Shown here: piece by piece, positions 12,507 to 22,393 of the stretch
How the letters are laid out: each line of letters begins with the position of its first letter
Numbering within the stretch: position 1 is the first letter of the stretch
DNA from: Pocillopora damicornis
Taxonomy: Eukaryota
Direction of reading: 5' to 3'
Assembly: GCF_003704095.1 (NCBI RefSeq)
Contig: NW_020846445.1
Span: 1 to 64,000, forward strand
Length of the DNA stretch: 64,000 nucleotides
Position numbers and translations under genes: made by a program
Notes under the pieces: model-generated
What the model was told of the DNA's origin: nothing
Seen by the model: the letters and a program-made list of their open reading frames with translations, nothing else
Database searches by the model: none

Positions 12507-13673
12507 AAAACCGTACAAGGAAAATATAACAAAGCCTAAGTCAATCTGCCATTTACTCAATTACAATTCCGGGAAAGCACTGCTTAACGAAAGCGATAAG
12601 CTCTTCCGTTAGAGACGGGCCTTCCTCAGTCCTCCACAACAGACCCTGCAAGTGGCCTGCTTGGAACCAGGGACGACGTGTGCACAGACACGCTATGTTA
12701 ATATGGTAGTACCTTCTTTGTGCTCTTCCTAACTTCCAACATTTGGTGCAATCTAGGTACATATTTGGATTCCAGTCCACCTCTAAACGTCCAATGACTG
12801 CTATGCTGTCAACAGATTGAGAGTCTTTTTGAAAAAACGAAAAAGCGAGAAGAGACAAAAACGGGGGTTTCCCTTAATTTGAAGGCACCGAAGGGAAAAA
12901 TCCCAGTCCTCTTGACCTGTTCATTGTCTGAAAAAGCAAAAGAAAAACTTCTTTGGACTTCTAAGACGCTGTCTTCCTCGGGGGTTTCCCATTCATTCCA
13001 AAAATACAAAAAGCTGCTGTTAGCACTTTTTGCATCATTTTTTGCACTGTCACGAGACATACAAGGATGACTCTTGTTATTTCACTCTGCAAGACGTGAT
13101 TGTTGATGAGCAATCTCTCTCTCTAGCTATTTGGAAACTAGGCTGTTAATCACCGAGAAAATTTTGAGAATTGAAGTTTTGCAAGACATACGTGACTCAT
13201 CATCTGATGCGACTGTCTGGTGACATCACTTGTCTCTTGAAATAAGATATGAATAATGATTCAATTTTTGTTCCCCGCGCTTGTGCTAGGGATTGAGGAT
13301 ATTCATAAACCATCTTACCAGAAAAGAAGAGAAAACCGTGCAGAAATATTGCTTGCCTTTTTAAGTTGTAAGAGCGACGAACTGAAAGAAGAGAAAGGTT
13401 ATCGAGGACAGTGTTAAATTTTTCCGACGGGTTAGACCCTGTTCAGTCGTAAGAAGAGACAAAATTAATAAAATTGATCTCCTTATATAATTTGTCGGCT
13501 GCTTGGAGCGATTACCTGTTGTAGGATATCAATTGCATCATAACATTTAACACGGCTTTGCAGTTGTCTCTTTCTCTTTGACCGGAGAGAAAAAAAATAG
13601 ACGTCTTCTAACTGTTGCCTTAACACATTGTGTGAGATAAGACCCTGAGAGATACTGAGAGCAGACCAAAGAG

Positions 13674-15056
13674 ATGCCTATGGAAGAAATCTGGCAGACG
13701 AAACTTCCAACTCTTGTTGATAGAACCACTTCTATTTTCAACAGTGAGTTACTGAGCGATGTAAAATTTGTCGTTCCGGTGTCGACTGCGGAAAGTGAAA
13801 GTAAGAAAGTGATCCCAGCTCACAAGTTTGTTCTTGCCATCAGTAGTCCTGTGTTCTTTGCCATGTTCTATGGTCAAATGGCGGAGACTAAAGACTCTGT
13901 TGACCTGCCTGACTGTGAGTACGAGAGTCTGTTGGAGTTGTTTCGTTTCTTGTACAGCGACAAAGTGAATTTAAGCGGAAGTAATGTGATGCAAGTGTTG
14001 TACTTGGCGAATAAATACATGGTGCCTTCACTCTTGGACAAGTGCACAGAATACCTTTGCAACAACTTGACAACATCCAACGTATTTTGTATCCTGACAC
14101 ATGCTCAGAAATTTGGCGGTAAATCTTTAGAAGATCGATGCTGGGAGGTGATTGAGCGGCGAACCGAAGAGGCTGTGACTTCAGACGAATTTGTTACAGT
14201 TGAGCGATCTGTTGTTGAATCTGTTGTCAAGAGAGAAGTATTAAATGTGAAAGAGGTGGAACTGTTCAAAGCTGTTGATCGCTGGGCTACAAAGGTGTGT
14301 GAAAAGGAAATTCCAATAGCCCCCAGTGATGGAGAAGAAAAGAGACGAATTCTTGGAGATGAGATCGTTAAAGCAATACGGTTTCCACTGATGTCGGAAG
14401 AGGTGTTTATGTCTGAGGTGCTTAATTCTCACATCCTTGCTCTTAATGAGGTTGAAGATATGATAAAGCATTACAGAGGGGTTCTTCAGTCACCTTTGCC
14501 GTTTAAGAAAGGCGCGAGGGGTAAAATTGACTACATCCGTTGTAACCGATTTCAAAAGTTTAATGCTCCGTGCAGTGGAAGCGATGGTTGGTTAGGTGCC
14601 GGGTATTACAGTGTTACAGTCCCAAGCTCCGGTGGTTCTTGGTCTTACAATGGTGCAGCGGCTGACAGTGTCAATTTTACAGTCAACAAGCCAATCATGT
14701 TACACGGAGTTCAACACTTCGGTTCTGTAGGTGGCAACTACACGGTTTCCACTGAAGTTAAAGATACCACCCACAACTCTTGTCTTGGAAAAGAATCAGG
14801 AACTTACACCTCAGAAAAGGAAGACAGGAAGAATTATTATGGCTTTGATGTATTGTTTGATCGTCCAGTTTCGCTGGAAGCAAACAAACAGTACACCTTA
14901 ATGTCTGTTATCGAGGGTCCTTTGTCATGGTATGGAGCGGAAGGACAAATGTCCGCTGAGTCAGGAGGGGTGCAATTCAGTTTCAGTGATTCAGACGATG
15001 ATTCTAACAGCACCTCGGTTACAAACGGCCAGTTTCCAGTCATTATTTTCAATTAA
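13674..15056 (+). CDS. BTB-BACK-PHR (BTBD6-like) protein, copy 5, intact, 460 aa, intronless
   Basis: Single ORF with all three domains; PHR motifs RCNRF, LHGVQHFGS, FDVLFD.P, GQFP. Confidence 0.95.
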   Translation: MPMEEIWQTKLPTLVDRTTSIFNSELLSDVKFVVPVSTAESESKKVIPAHKFVLAISSPVFFAMFYGQMAETKDSVDLPDCEYESLLELFRFLYSDKVNLSGSNVMQVLYLANKYMVPSLLDKCTEYLCNNLTTSNVFCILTHAQKFGGKSLEDRCWEVIERRTEEAVTSDEFVTVERSVVESVVKREVLNVKEVELFKAVDRWATKVCEKEIPIAPSDGEEKRRILGDEIVKAIRFPLMSEEVFMSEVLNSHILALNEVEDMIKHYRGVLQSPLPFKKGARGKIDYIRCNRFQKFNAPCSGSDGWLGAGYYSVTVPSSGGSWSYNGAAADSVNFTVNKPIMLHGVQHFGSVGGNYTVSTEVKDTTHNSCLGKESGTYTSEKEDRKNYYGFDVLFDRPVSLEANKQYTLMSVIEGPLSWYGAEGQMSAESGGVQFSFSDSDDDSNSTSVTNGQFPVIIFN

Positions 15057-15859
15057 TTTCTGGGTACACTACTTAGTGGTTTCTCTTTTTTACTCGTTAA
15101 GTTTTTCAAGACTTCAATTGAAGGTACGTCTTTTACGGATGAAAGAAGTCGAAAAAGATTCTTAAGAAATTAGCATCTGGCAGTTAAAAGAAAGCTAAAT
15201 GAATTTCGAATTTGGTCCGTTAGTTTTTCTCAGTTTAAGATTTTTCTAAATTTCGTATGCGTGAAAAGGCACCAAATAGGTCGTTTGATTCTGGCCCCTT
15301 TGATTCCATCATCAGAAAAATAGTAGAGTGGCAAAGTTTAGTTCAAGGCGTTTGTAACGAAGTTTTCATGTTTTTATCGGTACAATTTCTTGTTGATTGT
15401 TTCAATTCAATTTTGCTCTGTAGGCAAGTCGAGGCGTTGTGACCAGGAGCAATGGGTTTCAAGGATTTATAAAGTTTAGAATTTTTTCAAGGTTTTCACA
15501 CTGGCAGACATAAACTACGGTGTTAAACAAGGATTTTCAGCCCTGAAATCGTGATGTTAGGCTCTTGTTGAGTAAATTTTGAGGTGAAAGAACTCTTGAA
15601 AGACGACAGACTTGTATTAAATGTCGATTTTCAATAAGTGAAAACATTTCATTGTTCAAGATGTCTTCTTCCACAGAGTACATTTCAGAAACCTCAGAAT
15701 GCCCCTCCCCGAAAAAGTCTCAGTGTGAACTGTTATACGTATCAATAGGAACCTACACTCATTAGTTCAGCGGGCGAATACATATTTTCCACAATAAGAG
15801 TAAGAGGAAAGAAATTACTGTCGTTGAAGAGAATTGAAAGCGGTACCTTAGTAGGCGAC

Positions 15860-17127
15860 AGAAGAAACTGGTATCGTCTTTACGGTAAGCCGAACCTCGT
15901 TTATTTTCAACCACAATGTACTGAGCGATATGAAGTTTGTTGTTGCAATGTCGAATAACGGAAGCGAAACTGCCTAACTGTGAGTACGAGAGTCTGTTGG
16001 AGTTTTTTCGTTACATTTACAGCGACACTGTCGTTGGAGTGAAATTAAGTGGAAGCAATATATGATGCAAGTTCATTACTTGGCGAAAAAATTGATACCT
16101 TTGCTGGCTGAGAAATGCTCTGAATACCTGAAATGGATCCTGACATCATCCGGCGCATTCTTAATTCTTCACTACGGACAGAAATTTGAAGATTAACGTT
16201 TGGAAGGTCGATGTTGGGAAATAATTGGATTATACACTGAAGAACTCATGTCAGATGATTTTGTTACTGTGGAGCGATCTGATATCGAGTGTCTTGTAAA
16301 CAGGAGAGTGTTGGTTATCACAGAGGTAGAATTGTTCTGTTCGCTGGGCCACAAAAGAATGCGAAAGGCAAAGTATATCTTCTGATGGAGAAGCGAAAAG
16401 ACGAAATTGTAAAACCAATACGGTTACCATTGATGTCGCAAAAGGAGTTTACCTCTACTGTGTTAAATTCTATATTTTCGACTGATGAAGAGTTTGGCAT
16501 CGTTATGAAATACTACAGCGATTAATTCACGTCTCCTCTATCATTCCGAGACATTCCAAGACGTAAGAAGAAACACCCAACCGCTCACACGTTCCTGGTT
16601 GTAAGAAGAAATCTCTAAAGGGCAACTGCGTGGACTTCCATAGGTGTACTGAGGAGTTCTTAGCGGAAACCCGCTTTCTCGCTGCAAAAGATTTAACTAT
16701 TCCAGTCTTCTAAATATCTTTAGGGGTTATTCTGGCTTCAATTCTCAGTCGACAAACCCATCACGTTACTTGTAGTTCAGCACTTTGGCTCGGAAGGTGT
16801 GAAGAGAACATAGTATCTACAGAAGTTATTGATACAACAAACAACGCATCGGTTGCACATCAATCTAGAACATACCCTTCAGGGATGGACGACATTGCGA
16901 ATTATTACGGTTTTCATGTATCGTTTTATTGTCCTGTTTATTTGGAGACACATAAACAGTACAAGGTGCAGTCGATTGTCGACGATCCTATCTCATGGAG
17001 CGGAAAACAAGGACAGACATTTGTGGAATCCGAAGGGGTGCGATTCACTTTCAGTGATGCAGAAGATGGTACAGCTGATGACACTTCCGTAGTGCACGGC
17101 TTATTTCCAGCTTTTCTCTTGTCTTAA
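15860..17127 (+). pseudogene. Heavily decayed BTB-BACK-PHR pseudogene, copy 6
   Basis: Collinear fragments (EENW, FIFN..LSDMKFVV, LPNCEYESLLEFFR, LEGRCWE, IRLPLMSQKEF, QHFGSEG, YYGFHVSF, GVRFTF, GLFPAFL) in shifting frames with stops and deletions. Confidence 0.88.
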
Positions 17128-18103
17128 TAATATCACGAGTTCGGAAGATGCTTCAGCGGACGATACTCATTCTTATCAAGACCTCGCGCGCTGATTTTCC
17201 CAACAGGTACCAGGGGCAAACAAATAACTCGCCTTTTCCAACTTGAAACAAGTAACACTATTACCATGTTTGATATACATTAAACAGATCAAAACGAGGT
17301 TGTTTCTTCACTTAGTATCATTATTTGTATCACTTGTCTGTTTGATCAACTCGCAGAATGTCTTCCAATCAATTACACTATCTCCATTATTCTATCTATG
17401 TCAATCTAAAACCTTATCTTCAAAATTCCCGTCTTCTTCCTTTTCACATATCATTTAGGTGACAAACTCATATTAAATTTATTCATCAAGAAAGCATGTA
17501 TCGTCGTCTTTTATGTTGATCGGGTTTAACGCATGGTTGCGTCGGCGTCGGCGTCGAGGGACCAATTTGGGAAAATAATTGGAAGCACGAAATTTCTTGC
17601 TAATTTACATTTTACTTTAATTTGCTTTTTATCCTGAAGTGCGCAGTTGATTTTTTAGTTTGCCGACCTTCCTAGTTGTTGTTTAGTCAAATGATGCTTG
17701 ACAAGACGAAAGGATTCTAAAAGAATACCACTTAGTTGAGAAACACATGCGTAACACGTGAATTAACAGCTTTTAAAATTCCTTTTGTCTTAAATAGAAC
17801 AATTGCAAACTTGTGGTGACGATTGCTGTTTGAACTATTAAGCACATCATAGCCAGGCTGCAAGCAAGCCCTTTACCTCCTAACTAGCGCTTCGGTACGA
17901 ACCTTCTTTGCCCAAGACGAGCCGACGAGAGGTGTACAGTGGGGGTTCAAAATGACAGGTCCTGTCATTTTTCACCAATCAGAATTTGTTTCTTTTGTTT
18001 CTTTTGTTTCTCGCACTTTTTTAATTCAAGCAGCTGTTGTTTCCAATAGACCTTATTGAAGAGGATTACTTAAGTACATGTGTAAGCGCGGTGAAAGAAG
18101 AGC

Positions 18104-19411
18104 ATGGAAGTAGGCTGGCAGACGAAGCTACAAGGTCTCGTAGAAAGAACCGCGTTTATTTTCAACAACGAGTTACTCAGCGATGTAAAATTTGTCGTCC
18201 CATTTTCGCCTAGTGAAATTGAATTACGTACGAAGGTAATCCCAGCTCACAAGTTTGTGCTCGCAGTCAGTAGTCCCGTGTTCTTTGCCATGTTCTATGG
18301 TCAAATGGCGGAGACTAAAGACTCTATTGAACTGCCTGACTGTGATTATGAGAGTCTGTTGGAGTTGTTCCGTTTCTTGTACAGCGACAAAGTGAATTTA
18401 AGGGAAAGAAATGTGATGCAAGTGTTGTATCTGGCAAACAAATACATGGTGCCTTCACTCGCCGAGAAATGTTCAGAATATCTCCGAGACAATTTGACAG
18501 CATCAAACGCGTTCAGTATTCTGACGCTCGCTCATAAATTTGAAGATAAAAATTTGGAGTATCGATGCTGGAAAGTTATTGAGAAGCAGACGGAAAAAAC
18601 TGTGAGAGGAGACGAATTTGTTACAGTTGATCGATCTGTAGTTGAATCTGTTGTGAAGAAAGAAGTGTTGAATGTGACAGAAGTGGAACTGTTCAAAGCT
18701 GTTGATCACTGGGCTACGAAAGAATGTGAAAGGCAAGGATTAACTGTTAATGGAGAGAGCAAAAGAAGAATCCTTGGAGAGGAGATAATTCGAGCAATAC
18801 GGTTTCCGTTGATGTCACTGAAGGAGTTTGAGTCAGTTGCGCTCGACTCTAATATTCTAACCATTGATGAGGTACGCGACATAATGAACCATTTTAAGGG
18901 CGCTTTAAAATTACCTTTGCCATTTATGGACAGCGCCAGGATCCATTTCCGTTGTAACCGATTTCCAAAATTCAATGTACCGGCCGGAAGTGGCTGGTAC
19001 CACAGTGGAGCGTACAGTGTAAATTTTACCATCAACAAGCCTTTAAAGCTTCTTGGAGTGGAACAGTTTGGCTCAGAAGATGGCGAGTATACCGTGTCTA
19101 CTGAAGTTAAAGATACAGCCCACAACTCTTGTCTTGGAAAAGTATCAGGAACGTACACGTCAGTAAAGGACGATACGGACATCTACTTTGGCTTCGATGT
19201 AATGTTCAATCGTCCAGTTTGTTTGGAGGGAAATAAACAGTACACGTTGGTGTCAGTTGTAAAGGGTCCTGTGTCATGGTACGGAGAAGAAGGACAATTG
19301 TCCGTTGAATCCGGAGGGGTGCAGTTCACCTTCAGTAAATGTACATTCAAGAATGATAACGGTCACAGCTCAGTGACTTCAGGCCAGTTTCCCGCTTTCA
19401 TTTACAGCTAA
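18104..19411 (+). CDS. BTB-BACK-PHR protein, copy 7, intact, 435 aa, intronless
   Basis: Single ORF with BTB, BACK and PHR motifs, ending GQFPAFIYS. Confidence 0.95.
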   Translation: MEVGWQTKLQGLVERTAFIFNNELLSDVKFVVPFSPSEIELRTKVIPAHKFVLAVSSPVFFAMFYGQMAETKDSIELPDCDYESLLELFRFLYSDKVNLRERNVMQVLYLANKYMVPSLAEKCSEYLRDNLTASNAFSILTLAHKFEDKNLEYRCWKVIEKQTEKTVRGDEFVTVDRSVVESVVKKEVLNVTEVELFKAVDHWATKECERQGLTVNGESKRRILGEEIIRAIRFPLMSLKEFESVALDSNILTIDEVRDIMNHFKGALKLPLPFMDSARIHFRCNRFPKFNVPAGSGWYHSGAYSVNFTINKPLKLLGVEQFGSEDGEYTVSTEVKDTAHNSCLGKVSGTYTSVKDDTDIYFGFDVMFNRPVCLEGNKQYTLVSVVKGPVSWYGEEGQLSVESGGVQFTFSKCTFKNDNGHSSVTSGQFPAFIYS

Positions 19412-20012
19412 ATTTTGGTTACAGTACGTAACAGAATCACTATTTGGGGGACAAGTCGATATTCGTGGCCGAGGGGGTGGGGTAGACGATTTGGGTGGAT
19501 GAAGGATCTCGGGGGTTCACGTGGTTTCCAGGGGGATAAATAATGACCGGTCGCTTGAGTGTTTTCATATTTCACTCCGAAATTAGAGGTCTATGAGCCA
19601 TGTGAACAGGATGGTGTCCTGGCGGTTTTAGGATACTAAATACTTGTGATGGGTAAAATAATTCACCTCTCAGAAAATTACACCTTGATATTCAGAACCA
19701 AATGAATCGCAAACCATATATAGTTTGCACAAATGTAAAGCTGCCCAATAAAATTAGATTTTTATAAGATGTAGCAATTTTCTATTAAGTGTCGAAAGTA
19801 AGGCGTGATTGCTTTGGTTTTGATTCGCTACTCTTTAAGCTTCGTCCATAAAATTGGCGCTACTCTTGACCAATTGAATACAGAATTGAAAGCAACTTGG
19901 CCTCCTGCGTTTCTCCTGCTCCTCTGGCACTATGCCACCACCCCACGCAGCAAACAGTGAGCCATGTGTTCGTAAAAATTTCTCCCACACGTTGCAAAAA
20001 CATATAAAGGAT

Positions 20013-20195
20013 AATAAACATAATATACGTGGCCTCCATTTTGGCGAACGCTCTTATATTTTATCCTTGGGCATCATCTGTTCCTCGAAGCTCACAGTTT
20101 CCTCGAGCATCCCTCTCAGAAAACTGTTCGCTTCTCAGAACAGATGTTCGCGAACATCCGTTCATATTTTCGCGCCAAATGGAGGCTATTGTTTG
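20013..20195. mobile_element. MITE-like repeat with inverted ends (GCCTCCATTT(T)GGCG / CGCCAAATGGAGGC)
   Basis: Inverted match between ~20032-20046 and 20173-20186, extended by AAACA...TGTTT; non-coding interior. Confidence 0.6.
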
Positions 20196-20337
20196 TCTAT
20201 CGCTCTGACACAATGTGGCGTGACATGGAATATTTTCATTCAATCACATTGCATAAGCGGCCAATATTTGCCGTGAACATTGTTTACATCGTCATAGTAT
20301 ATCTATTAGAAAGGCTAGACCTGATCGGAAAGTAACG

Positions 20338-21678
20338 ATGGCTGTTGCGGAAGAAAACTGGCAGACGGCATTATCAACTATCACTCGGAGAACTACGTTT
20401 ATTTTCAACAACGAGTTATTAAGCGATGTGAGGTTTGTTGTTCCAGTTTCGACTGAACAAGGCGGAATTAATATGGCGATCCCGGCTCACAAGTTTGTGC
20501 TCGCCATCAGTAGTCCTGTATTCTTCGCCATGTTCTATGGTCAAATGGCGGAGACTAAATACTCTATTGAACTGCCTGACTGTGAGTACGAGAGTCTGTT
20601 GGAATTGTTTCGTTTCATGTACAGCGACGAAGTGAATTTAAGCGGAAATAATGTGATGCAAGTGTTATACTTGGCGAATAAATACATGGTGCCCTCACTA
20701 ACTGAGAAATGTGCCAAATATCTTCGAGAAAATTTGACAGCATCCAATGTGCTATGTATTCTGCCGCAAGCTCAGAAATTTGAAGATAAAGATTTGGAAG
20801 ATCGCTGCTGGAAAGTGATTGATAAACAGACTGAAGAAGCTGTGACTTCAGATGAATTTGTAACAGTTGAGCGATCTCTACTTGAATCTGTTGTAAAGAG
20901 AGAACTACTCAATGTGAAAGAAGTGAAATTATTCAAGGCTGTTGATCGATGGGCCACCAAGGGATGTGAACGAGAAGGGATCCTCCCTGATGGACTGGCG
21001 AAGAGACGAATTCTAGGCGAAGAGATCGTGAAAGCAATACGGTTTTCCCTGATGTCGCAGGAGGAGTTCGCTACAGTTGTGGCTGATTCTCACATCCTCA
21101 ACATGCTAGAGGTTGAAGAACTGATGAAACAATTCCGTGAGGATACATCAGTATCATCTGAGTCATTCTTGAATGTTTCAAGAGCGCGTTGCCTTAAGTA
21201 TGTCCATCGATGTAGTAGATTTACAACGATTGTACCTCAATCTTATGACTCCGGGTGGGGATATACACGCGGTATGTCTGATAGCCTTTCGTTCTTTGTT
21301 AGTAATCACATAAATTTACATGGAGTTCAGCATTTTGGGACTGAAGGAGGAAAATACACAGTTTCTACTGAAGTCAAGGATGCCACAGATGACTTATCGC
21401 TCGCAAATCAGTTTGGATTTTACTCAGCAGCGATGAATAACACTAATCAATTCTATGGATTTGACGTATTGTTTGACATACCAGTTTGTTTAGAGCCAAA
21501 CAAGGTGTACAAGGTAAAATCGTTTGTCACTGGCCCAAATTCGTGTTACGGGGACAAAGGGAAAATCTTTGTTGATTGCGAAGGAGTAAGATTCGAGTTC
21601 TGTGAGGGGGGTGATAATAACGGAACGTCTGTGAAACGGGGTCAGTTTCCTTCTTTGATTTTTACTAAGATAAGATGA
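20338..21678 (+). CDS. BTB-BACK-PHR protein, copy 8, intact, 446 aa, intronless
   Basis: Single ORF with the three domains; AATAAA at 21807 and 21860. Confidence 0.95.
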   Translation: MAVAEENWQTALSTITRRTTFIFNNELLSDVRFVVPVSTEQGGINMAIPAHKFVLAISSPVFFAMFYGQMAETKYSIELPDCEYESLLELFRFMYSDEVNLSGNNVMQVLYLANKYMVPSLTEKCAKYLRENLTASNVLCILPQAQKFEDKDLEDRCWKVIDKQTEEAVTSDEFVTVERSLLESVVKRELLNVKEVKLFKAVDRWATKGCEREGILPDGLAKRRILGEEIVKAIRFSLMSQEEFATVVADSHILNMLEVEELMKQFREDTSVSSESFLNVSRARCLKYVHRCSRFTTIVPQSYDSGWGYTRGMSDSLSFFVSNHINLHGVQHFGTEGGKYTVSTEVKDATDDLSLANQFGFYSAAMNNTNQFYGFDVLFDIPVCLEPNKVYKVKSFVTGPNSCYGDKGKIFVDCEGVRFEFCEGGDNNGTSVKRGQFPSLIFTKIR

Positions 21679-22393
21679 AACAAGCTAGATTCTGCTATAA
21701 AAATCAATAGAAGAGTCACTTTTACGATATGATTGTAAATCCTTTCAATCTTAGGGAGATAAAATCGCTGATAAGTTTTACTTAAACATAATTGCTGCCG
21801 ATGAATAATAAAATTTATGGAATAATGCATTGACACAAGAGCGTCACCAAGTTTACCCCAATAAACAGAATTCATTTCGTTATTTTTTAAAAGAAAAATT
21901 TATTAAATTCAATAATCCTTACGTGACACGAGGAGGCAACGACTTATAGGGATTCTGGTAATTGTAGTCAAATGAGAGAATAGTGCGAAAGCAGTTACGA
22001 AACCTTGAAACATTCACAGCAAATGTAACTTACAAACAAGGCTATGATGATCTCACAATACTACCCTAACCCTAATGTTTGTTTTAAATTGCAAGTCGAG
22101 TAGCAATCTATGTCTTGAGAAGTGTCTTTTTCAACCACTCCCTTGGGTTTGTGTTTGTTGTCGCTCTGTTTGATGCTCAGTTTGAGCTACCGGCTGTTAA
22201 AAATCTGGGCTATCAATAAGACAACCACTGTGTTACCAAACAAACAAACAAATAAACGAACTAACCAACCGATCAACCACTGAACAAACAAAAATCTCCG
22301 CTGAAGGATAGTTTTGCCTTTACCACTCTTGTTGGTATATTGGCCACCAAATCACAGAAAATTTGCTTCAATCCTAACTTTAAATGTTCATGT

